Assembly: GCA_904063045.1 (NCBI GenBank)
Contig: CAJFCJ010000001.1
Location: 1,860,001 to 1,924,000 of the forward strand
Length of the DNA: 64,000 nt
Direction of reading: 5' to 3'
Source of the DNA: Dimorphilus gyrociliatus
Lineage: Eukaryota; Animalia; Annelida
This document shows positions 24,466 through 36,601 of the stretch, one piece after another. The notes below the pieces were generated by a model that was given only the letters and a program-made list of their open reading frames with translations, was not told the origin of the DNA and did no database searches. The position numbers and the translations under genes were made by a program. Position 1 is the stretch's first letter. Every line of letters starts with the position of its first letter.

Positions 24466-26885
24466 ATGGACCGTCGCCGCTGGCAGGAACATTTGATTGT
24501 TTGCTCCAAACTAATTGTAGAACGAGCTAAGAGATATACCGAAGGAAGCAATTCGGACGGTAAGTTCTTTTTTCCTTTCGCTTGTTCGTTTGAGTTCTAT
24601 ACTGGCTAGAGAATAAGTCAAAATTACGCCTATTTTCTCTCCTTTCTGACGAATTTTGTTCCTATTACGCGGAGTTGCGTGAGAACTATGTAAAAATCAA
24701 ACGAATAAATCATCAATGCGTAAAAGATTAAGCTGTACAGCTCTCGACAAAATGCTCCAATTAATACTTTTCGATCCGAAACGGATGAAAAAGGTAGTAA
24801 AAAACACGTAAAAAGTTTAGAAAAACAAAATATTACTGTATTTTCACAATTTTTCTATCCTAATATAAATACAGAGATAGACGAGAGTAACGTCAAAAAA
24901 GAATAGGCGTCGAAAAAACTTGAAAATAGGGTGCAATAAAGAAAAAAATAAAACAGAATCTCACCTATTATTATCATTATTATTCAAATTGTTTGGGCCT
25001 TGCGATGTTGACGGATGTTAATTTACATATACGTACGTGTCTAATTAGGTCGCGAATATCGAATATCGTCACAATTATATCTGTATCACTATTGCAAATA
25101 GATCTTTTCGTGTATAAACTTATTCATGTAATATTCGTAGATCTTCTTTAAAGAACTGTAATAACAGCAAAACTGGAATGGATTGACCCTTTTTCAAAAT
25201 ATTTTCCCCTTATCCCTTTTTTTTTATTTATGTTCATTGCCCTCCACCCTTTTTTTTGTTGCCCCTCTTTCTTTCCTCCTCTCTATTCTTCTCAATTTTC
25301 CTATTTCATTTCTCATTCCAATACGGTTTTAAAAATGCCCTTTCTTCTTTCTTTCCCATTTATCTTTGCAAATTAAAAATATATGTGGAAATAAAAGGGA
25401 AAAAGTCGTCTATCTATTGATTTTGAAAACGATCGTTACATATATAACGAGCTTTGACGCAGTAGAATTTCCGATAGCTAATTGTTGAAATATTAGGCGT
25501 CGAAACCAGCCGATAAATCATCGTTAAGAGACGAGCGTGAAAAAATTCTCATGAGAAAATAAAAAAAAAATAAGAAGATGAAAGAAGATATGAAAAGAGG
25601 ACAGGAACACAGATAGAATGACATAGAAGGAAGAAGAAAAGAAAGAAAGTGGGATATATAGAGTTAGAAAGAGACGAAGAGACAGGGAAAATGGAAGAGA
25701 AAACTAGAAAGTTAGAGATAGACTGAGGGAAGAATGAGAAAGGAGAGATTTAAAAGGAGCAATATAAAAGTTTAGAAGATAGCTATAAGGTTGTATATTT
25801 AATTATCGAAGAGCCTGTGAACTGCAATCAAAATAATTTGCATAATTACGTTTGTCAATAGACCTAGTATCGCTGGTTGCTTAGCGACAAAATGTTTGAA
25901 GCCATTTCGTTAGAATGTCTTCCCTTACGGTTTAATATATATAAGAAAAAGAAACGTTTTAGCCTTAAGCTCTTTCTTACTCTTGTTACCGTCTGTATTT
26001 ATTTAGAAAACACTCATGGCCGTAATTTACGAACAACTCTTCTCTAATCATTCCATTCCATCCGTTCGAAAATCGAAAAAGCGCGTACTCACTTAGTTAC
26101 TTTGTCTAATTAAACAGGTATATAATACTTACTAATTACTTTGTAAATCAGTCAACCTGTTTCATTAATATCTTGACAGTTATTGTAAATCGTCATTGAG
26201 TAAAGTAAAGATAATATAAATAACAGTTAATCTTATAATTCCAAAGGTGTAATGAAATAATAGATGGAAAGAGAAAAAAATGACAAAAAAGGCGCGTAGA
26301 ATATAGAGAAAGAGAGGGAGAAAGTGTGAAAAAAGTGACTAAGATTGTTTTTACAATAGAGAAGCCGGTCGCCTACTGCAAAAAAGGGCAAAGAGTTAAT
26401 TAAAACTCTAAATTTAATGAGAAATTCTATTTTCGAAATGAGGAATGATGGTTGACTATTAAATTGATGCAAAATAGTTTGTTGTTATTCAGTCAGTCCA
26501 TCTCTCCCTTCCCTCACACACACTCTCTCTATCTCTCTATCTTTCATTCTTTCGCTTATATTTTCCCTTATTTTCTGCTTACTTCAATTATCGGACGTTT
26601 TTTTCCAACAATAGCGAATACATTTTTATAGATATATTGTATATATTATTATCTATATACTTAGATCTGTTTTCTCTCTATCTTTATGCACAATATATAC
26701 ATAAACAGTATATGCATATATGATATAAACTTCAAAGTATATCTTTATATATAAAGGGCGTAATTATAAAAATATAACTCACTAATACGTATAAGAATAT
26801 TATATTTATATAGTATAGAAGGTTTAATTTAACGCTCTTATTGCCTTTAAGGATAAGGAAAGGTCGTGAGATCGAAAGAGAATTG

Positions 26886-26921
<36 letters not shown>

Positions 26922-29900
26922 GTGAGATAGGCGAGAGGGGGAAGGGGAGGGAATGTGTTTTAGAGATAGTAGAAGATGGAGGAAAAGAAGAGTAGCGGTA
27001 AAGGTATAAAAAAATACCACTTTATTGAATATTATTCACATATTGTCTCAATAATGTACATAGTGTGTTACAACCTTACAGTATTGCGGTATATGATTTG
27101 CGCATTACAATCAGATAGGCTTTCGCAACCGCGCATTACATAGGCTGCAAAAATCGGATTTTACGAATAGTACGGACTTTATTGGCTTTAGCGCTTTTTG
27201 TATACAGCGAAAGAATTTGTTTTAGCAAAAATCTCGACTCCCCCTTTTTCTTACCTCAAGTGCTGTGTAAATATTCAAAATACACGCATTTCTATAAATG
27301 ATAGTGTATTATAACGATTTGTACATTTTAATCTGTTCAAATATAACATTGCAGTATATATTGCATATGTAAAAAGTAGTAGTGTATTATTACTACACTG
27401 TATAATATGTACACAACTGTATGTTTACATACAAGCTAATGGGATGTATATAATACTGCAATGTATAAGTTTTTTTTGCAAACGGTCTATAAGGCTGATT
27501 GATTTCCAATCGAATGGCGTCTCTAGTTTTTTGACCCTTAGTATTTTGGTTTGGCTGAAGAGGCTTCTATCGCCTATGAGATTTTCTTAAGAAAAGTAGA
27601 CGTAAATCTTCTTAGCCGAATATCTTTACGTAAACTTTTCATCGATTCGTCCCTGCAGCGTTTGTGGTGCCAACTGCAAATTGTATTTGGCACATAATCG
27701 AGCTTGTAATGACGACAATTCGTGACCGAAATGCATGTTCTTTTAAGCCTTCCGTATACACAGAATAGTCTGTCTAACAAAAAAAAATTACATACGCCAA
27801 TAACTCCCTCCTAGCGTGCGTGATGTGACGCCCAGGCGTCTAACTCTTTTAAATGCATTCCAATACCCTTCTTCCCTTAGACGTTTCCTGTTGCTTGGCA
27901 TCTTTAGTTTGTTGACGGCACATACTATTTACATATTTATATTTATATAAATATAAATATCTATATACTGCATAGTTTAAATAGAGATTTATTAATATAT
28001 ACATATACATAAGTATATATAATACATACGTATAAGTATACATCTATATAAATATTTTTATATATCCTGAAAGAATTTATATTTATACCGAGAAAACTAT
28101 CTGCGATCTGACAAAGTTTTGACAAACAACTACTCTCAAGTCACTGTTTTCTGACAGCTAATCACAAACATTCGACGCCTCGATCTCTCTACGTGGTAAT
28201 ATGTAAATGAGCGACAACAGTTGTCCCTTGACGTGGCGTATACACGAAATCTATATAATAAATAAATAATAAAAAAACAGAATAAGGCTACAGTAAATCT
28301 TTATAAGTTTCATATAGTACTTTAAGTATGTTCGATAGAAATGCAGATGACGGCCACACATGTTGAACTGGCCACGCGTCCAAAATTTGGTGTCGTGGCA
28401 TGGCTTTAGTATAAAAGCTTAACTTTCTGCTAGATATACCGTAAACTTGCTAAGCAAACAGTTGACAAACTAGCTCAAAAAAATATAAATTGGAAAACAT
28501 GTTGCCTTTTATCTTCGCCTTAGTTGTCTTATTCAACCCTATTATGGGTGGAAAGTATACAATCACTGATGAAGCTTGGTTTGACGTTGAAGTTAAAGAT
28601 ATGGATGGTCCAGGACAAGATTTTAGAGGACGTTTTGTTGTCGGTCTATTCGGTGAAACAGCTCCAATGACAGTTATGAATTATGTTGCCATTACCAGAG
28701 GTTATAAGAGAGGAAGAGAAGTTCTACACTACAAAAACACACCCATCCATAGAATCGTACCAGATTTCGTTATTCAAATGGGAGATATTACAGTTGGAGA
28801 TGGCACCGGCGGTAAATCTATCTTTGGTGAAAGATTCAATGACGAAGAATTCGCTCTCTCTCATCGTTCTCCTGGTTGGGTTGCTATGGCAAATCACGGC
28901 AAAGACACTAACGGCTCACAATTTTACATTCTCCTCACCAAGGCCAGATGGCTCGACAAAAAACACGTTGTCTTCGGAAAAGTCATCAGAGGAATGGTAC
29001 GTATAAATCTCAATTACAAACAATTTATCAATCTAATACCTTATCCAATCACTCTTTTAGGATGTCGTCAAAACTTTGGGAGAAGTTAGAGCCGATCCAA
29101 ATACCGCTGTTCCAAGAAAGAGAGTTAAAATCATCGATTGTGGATTGAACGATTTGCCGAAAAAGTACGATCTTTCTGAAGATGATTTGGATTCAGAGAA
29201 AGATTTGTAGGCCTATAATCACATACCTATAAATTTTATGTTTGTACTTGTTAAAATCGACACGGAGATTAGTGGTTGATTCTATAAATGATTCCTTGTA
29301 AACTTAGGTAAATGTCAGCCTATCTTTCCCATATAAAAGCTAATATATTATGGATTATAATGAATTCTATTTTGAACTTAGTAAAACAAGTGAATAGATT
29401 TATAATTCAATTTGTATTCTATCATCTTGAGTATGGGTAACTTTAGAGCCGTAAAGGGATAAAAGGTTCAACTACATAAAAATTTTTCTCCCTTCATAAA
29501 AAAAAAATAGTAATAATAAAAAAACAAATATAGGACAAACAAATTGCAAACTCTTTTTCTGTACTTATTGTAACACGTACTCGTATGCTAATAAATCCGA
29601 TCGTATTTTATCCGGTAAAATAGAAATAATTAACCGGATGGAAATCATAGGCTTAAAAAAACGCCGTCTATCGAAAAATGAAAAATAAAAATTCCTCTAC
29701 TGCAAAATACTGCAAAGCAGAAAATATTCGAAAAAAGAAATAGAGAGAAATGAGAAGCGTTAAAAACTTCTCACTTTTATTATTGCAAGAAAATTTACAA
29801 TTGTAATATTTTTATATTTTTATTTACTCCTGTCTTATTCCTACTTATCGTTCTCTTCACTCCTCTCCTTGTTCCCCTTCTCTCTTCATCCTCTACCGCC

Positions 29901-32900
29901 TCCTTATTTTCTTTCTCATTATAAAATACATCCAGACAAAATTGTTTATTTACTGTAGAGGTAGATGTACTTAAAACAGAAGTTTGGTAGACAATCTTCT
30001 CCTAACTATCTTCCATTCCCTGAGTTTTACTCTATATTGCTCTGATCTACTGTATTCCACTTGCTATTCATCTGATGCTTTTTCATTAAATGATGAAAGG
30101 GATAATTATACAACTTTTGAAATTGTCAGCTTCGTTGTATTAGAAGTGTCATTATGATTAAATATTAATAATTTTTTGCCATGAATACCGCGAATGCTGC
30201 GTGAAATGCATAAAAAAGAGCGTTCCGAGCCCACCGTCACGTGTTTTATCAAACTAGACGCCCTTTTATATACCCGATTCGTGCGGAACGTTGCTCGAGG
30301 ACATGAGTTGATAGTGGTCGACGTTCCTATTTTTCGCTTTTGAAAGGAGAGGTGTAAAAGGAAGAAGGTTGCCTTTGGAACTTTCCTTAGGAATAATTTC
30401 CGTTAGGAGGGTGAGATTTTCCCTCTCGTCGCCTCACGCCCTTTTCTTTTATTTTCGACATTTCGAGTCGAATATGTCGTCTTGTACCGCCGTAATTACA
30501 AAGTTCTACGATTGCAGAAGGGAAAATGTCAACGGACGAAGGTCGCGTTAATGACGATACATGGAATTTAGAAGAAAAATTCGCAGAAACCATTTCCGGC
30601 CTATGCTTTATAAAAAATATATTTATAGAAGCAGTACGAAAATACGAAGATATGATGAAAGAAAGGAACCACTATCGTAAACTCTGCGACGTTCATTACG
30701 TAAGTAAAAATTATAGGATGCTTTTAACCTCTGGCACGTTCAATTTCCGTTTTTCCCAAAGGCGTCTAAGACGGACGAAATGGAGTTGAACGCCTTAAAA
30801 AGCCTAGTCAGAAAAATTGAAAGAGAGAATTATGGTGCCATTTTAAAAGCTGCCTACCCATTTAAATTAGACAACCATAAAAGGTTAACTGACCGCTTAG
30901 AGAGCGTAACCTCTCAACGGGACGGATTGTCCGAGTTGGTCGATCGACTTCGCCATTCGTATTTATTGGCGGTCGATGATTTGAAGCGAATTCGTGCGCA
31001 ACGAGATGAAGTATTATTAGAATATACGAATGTGATGAAAGAACGTGATACGGTTCTCAAAGAATCGGATGAAACTTATTCAAAATTGACAGAAATCGAA
31101 CGGCAATACGAAAAGACTAGGCGAGAGCGCGCTAGGCTTAATTCGATTGCCGACCAACTGCAAAGCGAATTGGCAAGAGTAAAAAAGGAATTGGTCGACT
31201 GGAAGAATTCTACCAGTTTCTTGGAGAAAGAATACGATCGTTTGCTTAATAAACAAAGTAAACATTAAAAAAAACCCGCTATTTTTTATCCCTATTCCTT
31301 CTTCGACTTAATTAAATTAACCACGCTTAATTGATATGCAGGCAAAGAAACGGAAATTGAAACCTTAAAAATGCGCTTGCAGTCTTCGATCGATGAGAGG
31401 AAAAGGATTAGCGTCGAAAAAGACAATTTACAAGCGATTATAAATACTTTTATCCAACAAGATGCCGAACTGTTTAAACAGTTATACAATAATGATCAAC
31501 AGCAAATAGACCAAATAAAACTTCTAAAAAAGAATCGAAGTCAGGATTCGGCTATCGATGCCGATGGCGACGAAGTGGAAATTTTAGAGTTCGATTTGGT
31601 AAATAGCCTAGAACGGAATAAATATTTAAATAATAATCATATGAAAAAGAGAATACTATTTAAAGAAGATATAATTATATGAATAGTATTTTCTTTTGTT
31701 ATGTTCAATTCTATATTGATACTAATTCACTTTGATTAAGTATGTCAGGTGTTTTTATCTCTCTCTTTTTTTTCCCTCTTCACCTTCTATAGCCCGCCCT
31801 AACAACGCCGGCAGATATAGATCTAGTTGCCGGTAACGACGATTTGAAATTCGTTAGAGATGTCAGGCCACCGGCGTCGGAAAGGCTCAGGTTCGATTCT
31901 TTTTCTTTTTGCCTTACGTCTATAAATGAAGTTTTATTTTGCTTTCTTACCAAATAGAATAAATGATGCTGTAATAAGTATCAACGGTCATGAGGTATCG
32001 GGTTACAATCAACAGATGGCGCTCAGAATTTTGAGAACATCCCTTTTATCCGGTCAAACCCACTTAGTTGTCAAACGTAGGAAGCCAACTGGTAATTTGG
32101 AGGTTATACATATAAGAAACAGAGACGACTATGGTATGTAATATTATTACAATGCTTATAAGAGCTATTTGTCAGGCCTATAAATATAAAAAGGTACGGG
32201 ACTTTGCGTGGAAAGAGGAACTTTTATATCGCAAGTTATTCATAATTCTTCGGCCTATTATACTGGAAAATGTAATCGAGGAGATAGAATTCTAAACGTT
32301 AGTATACGATTGAAATGGTAAACTACTCAGGATCTTTTAGGATCTTTTAGATATTAAATTTTTATTATTCGCTATGTATACTAATATACTGTATATGTTG
32401 AACCAAAGAAATGCAGTATAAAACCATACGTTTCTTTCTACCGAAAAATAGGTTAATGGAAAGGACGTTGACTCAATGTCTGAAGCCGAATTAGAGGAAG
32501 CGTTGAAGCATTCTGACGATGTCACTCTAATTGTGTCGAAATGGACACCTACTCAAACGCCTTGTTTAACGCAAAGTTCGACGTCTACATCCGGTATAGC
32601 TGTTGATTCGCCTGACGTTAAGTCACCGGTATGGAGCGAATCTAGTCCAGCGGAAGTAAAGAAGACGCCTCCAAGCCAGAGCATTGATATACAACGATCC
32701 GGTTCATGGCCAGAGTCTCTGATATCCTTCGATAATGATTCCAAAGGAAAAATACCAAAGTTCAAAGGCGCTACTCCCGTTGTCCTCCGAGATAGAAGAT
32801 CAACTAACAAAGGGAATCCAAGGCCAATTACCGTTCACTCTTTCAGGCAAATGATACATCCTAACAATTTATCCTATCAGCCGCCTAAATCTCCTAGACC

Positions 32901-34197
32901 TGTGCAAACAGTTGGTAGAAGGACGAACTCTTCTAAAATAAATCCACCTGCAGATAAACAAGAAGATTCGTATGGGTACATAAGGGCCTTAATAAATAGG
33001 CATGGAAGGGATGGTGAAATGGATTTGGCTATTGGAGATATTCTCAAAGTAAAAGAAAAGGAGACGAGTAGATGGCTAGTCTCAAAGATAGATCGGCAAG
33101 GCTTCGAAATAGGAGAAGGGATAATACCATCCTTATCAAGGTATACAAATCAATTAATTCTCATATAATTGTTCTAAGGCAATGATATTCTTTCATGTTT
33201 TCTCCCTTTTTTAGATTAGAGGAAGAGCTTCCAAGACAAAGGAATAACGACACCAAAGGAATCAAATATATCGTAAAAAAGGCCTTCTTCCGAAGGAGAA
33301 AGCAAGGAGATAATTTTCATACCACAATCTCTGAAGGTTAATCATTTTATACTGTCTCTTCTCTCTTTTCTTCTTATATTCTTTTCGTACAATTTTTTTT
33401 ACAGACTTTCAAATATTTCAAACGTTAAAAAGAAGAAGAATAAATATAAAACGACCTGTCCTAATTCTGGGTCTATTTTCCAACGAACTATGTGATAGAA
33501 TAAGCTCATCTTATCCGAAATTATGTAAATATTTTAAAGGTAAGACTAACCAAAGTGAATACAATTTATATAATTTTATTTTGTAACATTTTTTTTTTTA
33601 AAGAAAAAAATCATAGCGAAGACAAGAATTTGAGCCTAATCTGCGAGGTAATTAATTAATTAACTCGATAATCTTTATAAAGTTACATTTATAATTTATA
33701 TATTCTTTTATATCTTTTTACTCTTTTTGTTTTCATTCGCTTCTCTAAGAAATTGCACATTCTGTTCGAGTTTGACGAAGTTGTCTTCTCAAACTTAATT
33801 AAAAACGATCTTCATCCAATTTTGCTCTATCTTCATTACAAAGATGCTAACAAAGTTCTAAGGTAAGCTTTACTAAATGAAATATTGTTATCATCAGCTA
33901 TAAAATAACCTTGACATATCTTTAACAGTAAAGCTTGCGAAAAACAAAAAATATTAGATGAAAATCGTAAAATAAGAAATCGATTAGATTGGAATATTTC
34001 AGGTAAAATAATTTATTCAAATTTATGCACAGACAAAAAAAAACCCCTCCAAGAAATATATTATAAACTGAATTGTATGATTTTAAATAGGTATCGTCGA
34101 CTGCTCTATAGACTTGGATGATACTATAGTAGAATCATTAAAAACAACAATAGAGAATATACAATCATCTCCAGCATTTATACCATTGACAAATTGA
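24466..34197 (+). CDS. DLG5: Discs large 5-like MAGUK (coiled coil, 2 PDZ, SH3, GUK-like); putative first exon 24466-24559, main body from 30518
   Basis: [35 protein letters not shown], two PDZ domains, SH3 YIRAL...GDIL...W...G.IPS, RPVLILG, and a C-terminal ..AFIPL all resemble DLG5. Exon 1 ends in phase 1 (gac g|GTAAGT) and the acceptor at 30517 needs phase 1. The body is confident, the exon-1 link less so. Confidence 0.8.
26890..26918. repeat. (GA)n microsatellite
   Basis: About 14 GA units seen directly. Confidence 0.95.
28229..28236 (+). promoter_or_regulatory. UPRE-type motif TGACGTGG upstream of the ER cyclophilin
   Basis: Exact match to the TGACGTGG/A unfolded-protein-response element consensus. 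Further ACGTGG (about 28190) and CCACG (28372) cores lie nearby. Confidence 0.45.
28410..28417 (+). promoter_or_regulatory. TATA box of the cyclophilin gene
   Basis: TATAAAAG about 85 nt upstream of ATG 28499. Confidence 0.5.
28499..29210 (+). CDS. Secretory-pathway cyclophilin (PPIB/PPIC-like peptidyl-prolyl isomerase), 2 exons
   Basis: Signal peptide [17 protein letters not shown]; [39 protein letters not shown] and [12 protein letters not shown] (catalytic motifs intact). Exon 2 ends ..DLDSEKDL*, a KDEL-like retrieval signal. Confidence 0.95.
30236..30243 (+). promoter_or_regulatory. GTCACGTG E-box, possible internal DLG5 promoter
   Basis: Motif seen about 285 nt upstream of ATG 30526 in a locally CpG-richer patch. 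An 8-mer can occur by chance. Confidence 0.25.
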
Positions 34198-34203
34198 TTT
34201 TTG

Positions 34204-34235
<32 letters not shown>

Positions 34236-34568
34236 TATACTGTATATAAACTGTAAATATATTCAAACTTCCATTGATTTTGCTCAACATTTTTCTTTAA
34301 TAGTCCAACAAAAAAGGAAACAATAACAATAATAAATAAATAAATATCAATAAATGAAATTAACAAACATAAATAAACACAAAATTCTTTGATAAAAGAT
34401 AAAGGATAATAAAGATTTGTTTTTTTACTATAAATAATAATCATAATAAACAAAAAATAACTTCATTTATTTGTTTAAATGACCTTCGTAATGTTATTTA
34501 TTATATTATCATCATATTTTGTTAAATATATATATATATACTAATATATATATATATATATATATATA
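34204..34568. repeat. (TA)n microsatellites (34204-34239; 34526-34568)
   Basis: Seen directly. Confidence 0.9.
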
Positions 34569-36601
34569 TTTACAGTGAAAGAAGGCGTTATATTATTAAT
34601 GAGAATTTAATTAAATTATACGTAAATCCTTAGATATAAATTACTTTTCAAATGCAATTTGAAGAGCAATTTGAAGATAAGTTTGTCTTAAAGAAAAAGA
34701 TATAATGCATTGTACTGATTTCAAGTTTTCACCATCTCTAAATAACTTTATAAGTCTATTGATTACATATATAAAAATACTATATACTGTATATAGTTAG
34801 GAAACAATCGATTTTTCTTCGAATTTCAAGCTAATATTAAACGAATAAAGGCGGAAGAGAATAATACAAAATATGGAAGAAAATTGAAAATTCTATCAAA
34901 TACTATTTGTTCAATCTTAAAATAAACTCTAATTTTTAATTTAATCATCAAAATTAATTGTTAGACGTTTTTTAAGCAAAAACTGGAAAATTCAATAAAA
35001 ATTTGATAGGTTTTCCTTTTTTTAAGGTTAAATAAATGAATTCTATTATATTCAAGGTCGAAACGGAGTAGTTTTATATATCCCCTCCCCAAAAAAAACG
35101 GATGACGTCACAAAAATAAAGAGAACAAAGTTTCGATGTTAAATCGACTTTTTTCCTTTCCTTCTATAGGTCAATTAACACAAAAAAGTTATTCGTTTCG
35201 CTATATTTTCACCCAGTGACGATGTGTTTGTGACCAAAAAGAAAAAATTAATATGATAAAACTTAGAATAACAGTTGAAATATTTACTAATGGTTTCTCT
35301 AATAGCATGAATTATACTGTCTAAAAGTATTTCATAGTTGGAATTCTCAAAAGGGCCGGAAAGAAAAGAATAAAATCATTTTTTACCCCTCGGGGAATGT
35401 TCATAAACAAACTTTTTATGGAAATCGATCATTTATTGTTAGAAAAAACAAATAGATGATTATCTTTGAATTGACAAACTACAGACTGGAAAATATGATG
35501 ATATTAATAAATAAAAATAGATTATAAACGAATATATAAAAAGTGGTTAAAAGTCGAAGATTTAATTTCAATATTACTCTACACCTTTTTCCACTCTAAT
35601 CCTTCTTTCAAATGAGTTATATTTCTTTCTAAAGCCAAATGTATTAATTAATTCCTCATCCTATAAATATACTTAATGTATTGATTTCAGTAAGATTCTA
35701 TATATATCTTCGTCTTCTTTTTCATTTTATCCTTGCCATTTCATTTTGATTAACATCTATTTACAGTTTACCAGAGAATTCTAATATGCATTATACATAC
35801 AAAACATAGCTTTCAATTTAACTAAAGCTACAAGCAGAATGAAAAATTCTTAACTACATTGTATATTTCCTAGAAATGAAGCTTTTTTTTATTTCGTATA
35901 TTTTCTATAAATAAATATACATTGTAGGATTTAAAAGATCTTGTGAAAGTGTCAAGAGAGCGTTAAGGATTTGGCTTTGCGGCTATGTCAAAATTACCTA
36001 GTTTTTTATTTCTATATATTCGAATAATATTAGAATTGTTTGTAGGAAATTGAAATGAGAGTTATATTCAAACCTATTCCAATTCATTCTACCCTCAATT
36101 GAATTAACGATATGCCTTTCCTCCCTATCAGATTCTTCTCTTTCAATAATATAATATAATATTCATATCATTTGGTAAATTAGAGTGGATTTAAAATCAA
36201 AAAACATAATGAAAGGTGAACAGATTAAGAGAAAAAAATTATTTGTTGAGTTTATTGATTAATTTGATGATCAATAAACTAATCATTGAATTTGATTTTA
36301 TTTTTACCTCTCAGATTGAGATGAGAAATGAAATTAGGACTTGAGAATTAATCCTTATTCAATCTACTGATATTGAATAAAAAAAATAATATCTCAAAAA
36401 TAGAGTTACTTTTTATAATAGCATTCTTATTATTAAAATGTTAAGGCTGATTGGTTTTAGAAAGCCTATAAAAATTGATTATTTTTACATTATAGAAAGG
36501 AAATTTGTGACAAGAAATTATTTTTTCTTTATTGACAGCATAAGATGATATTTATTATAAGAATTTAATAAAAATAAGTTCCAAATAAAGAGTTTGTCCG
36601 T

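Noticed and set aside
27451-27472. TAATACTG matching the miR-8/miR-200 seed
   Set aside because: The rest does not match miR-8, and the complementary arm is about 95 nt away, too far for a pre-miRNA.
27542-27700. Good acceptor followed by [10 protein letters not shown]..., vaguely like the DLG5 CARD (LGLLEAA)
   Set aside because: Needs phase 0 while exon 1 ends in phase 1, which gives a stop after 5 codons; similarity is too weak.
32331-32350. 10-nt tandem duplication GATCTTTTAG x2 (similar AGACCAATTT x2 at 54191-54210)
   Set aside because: Ordinary intronic slippage duplications; no spacer structure, not CRISPR-like.
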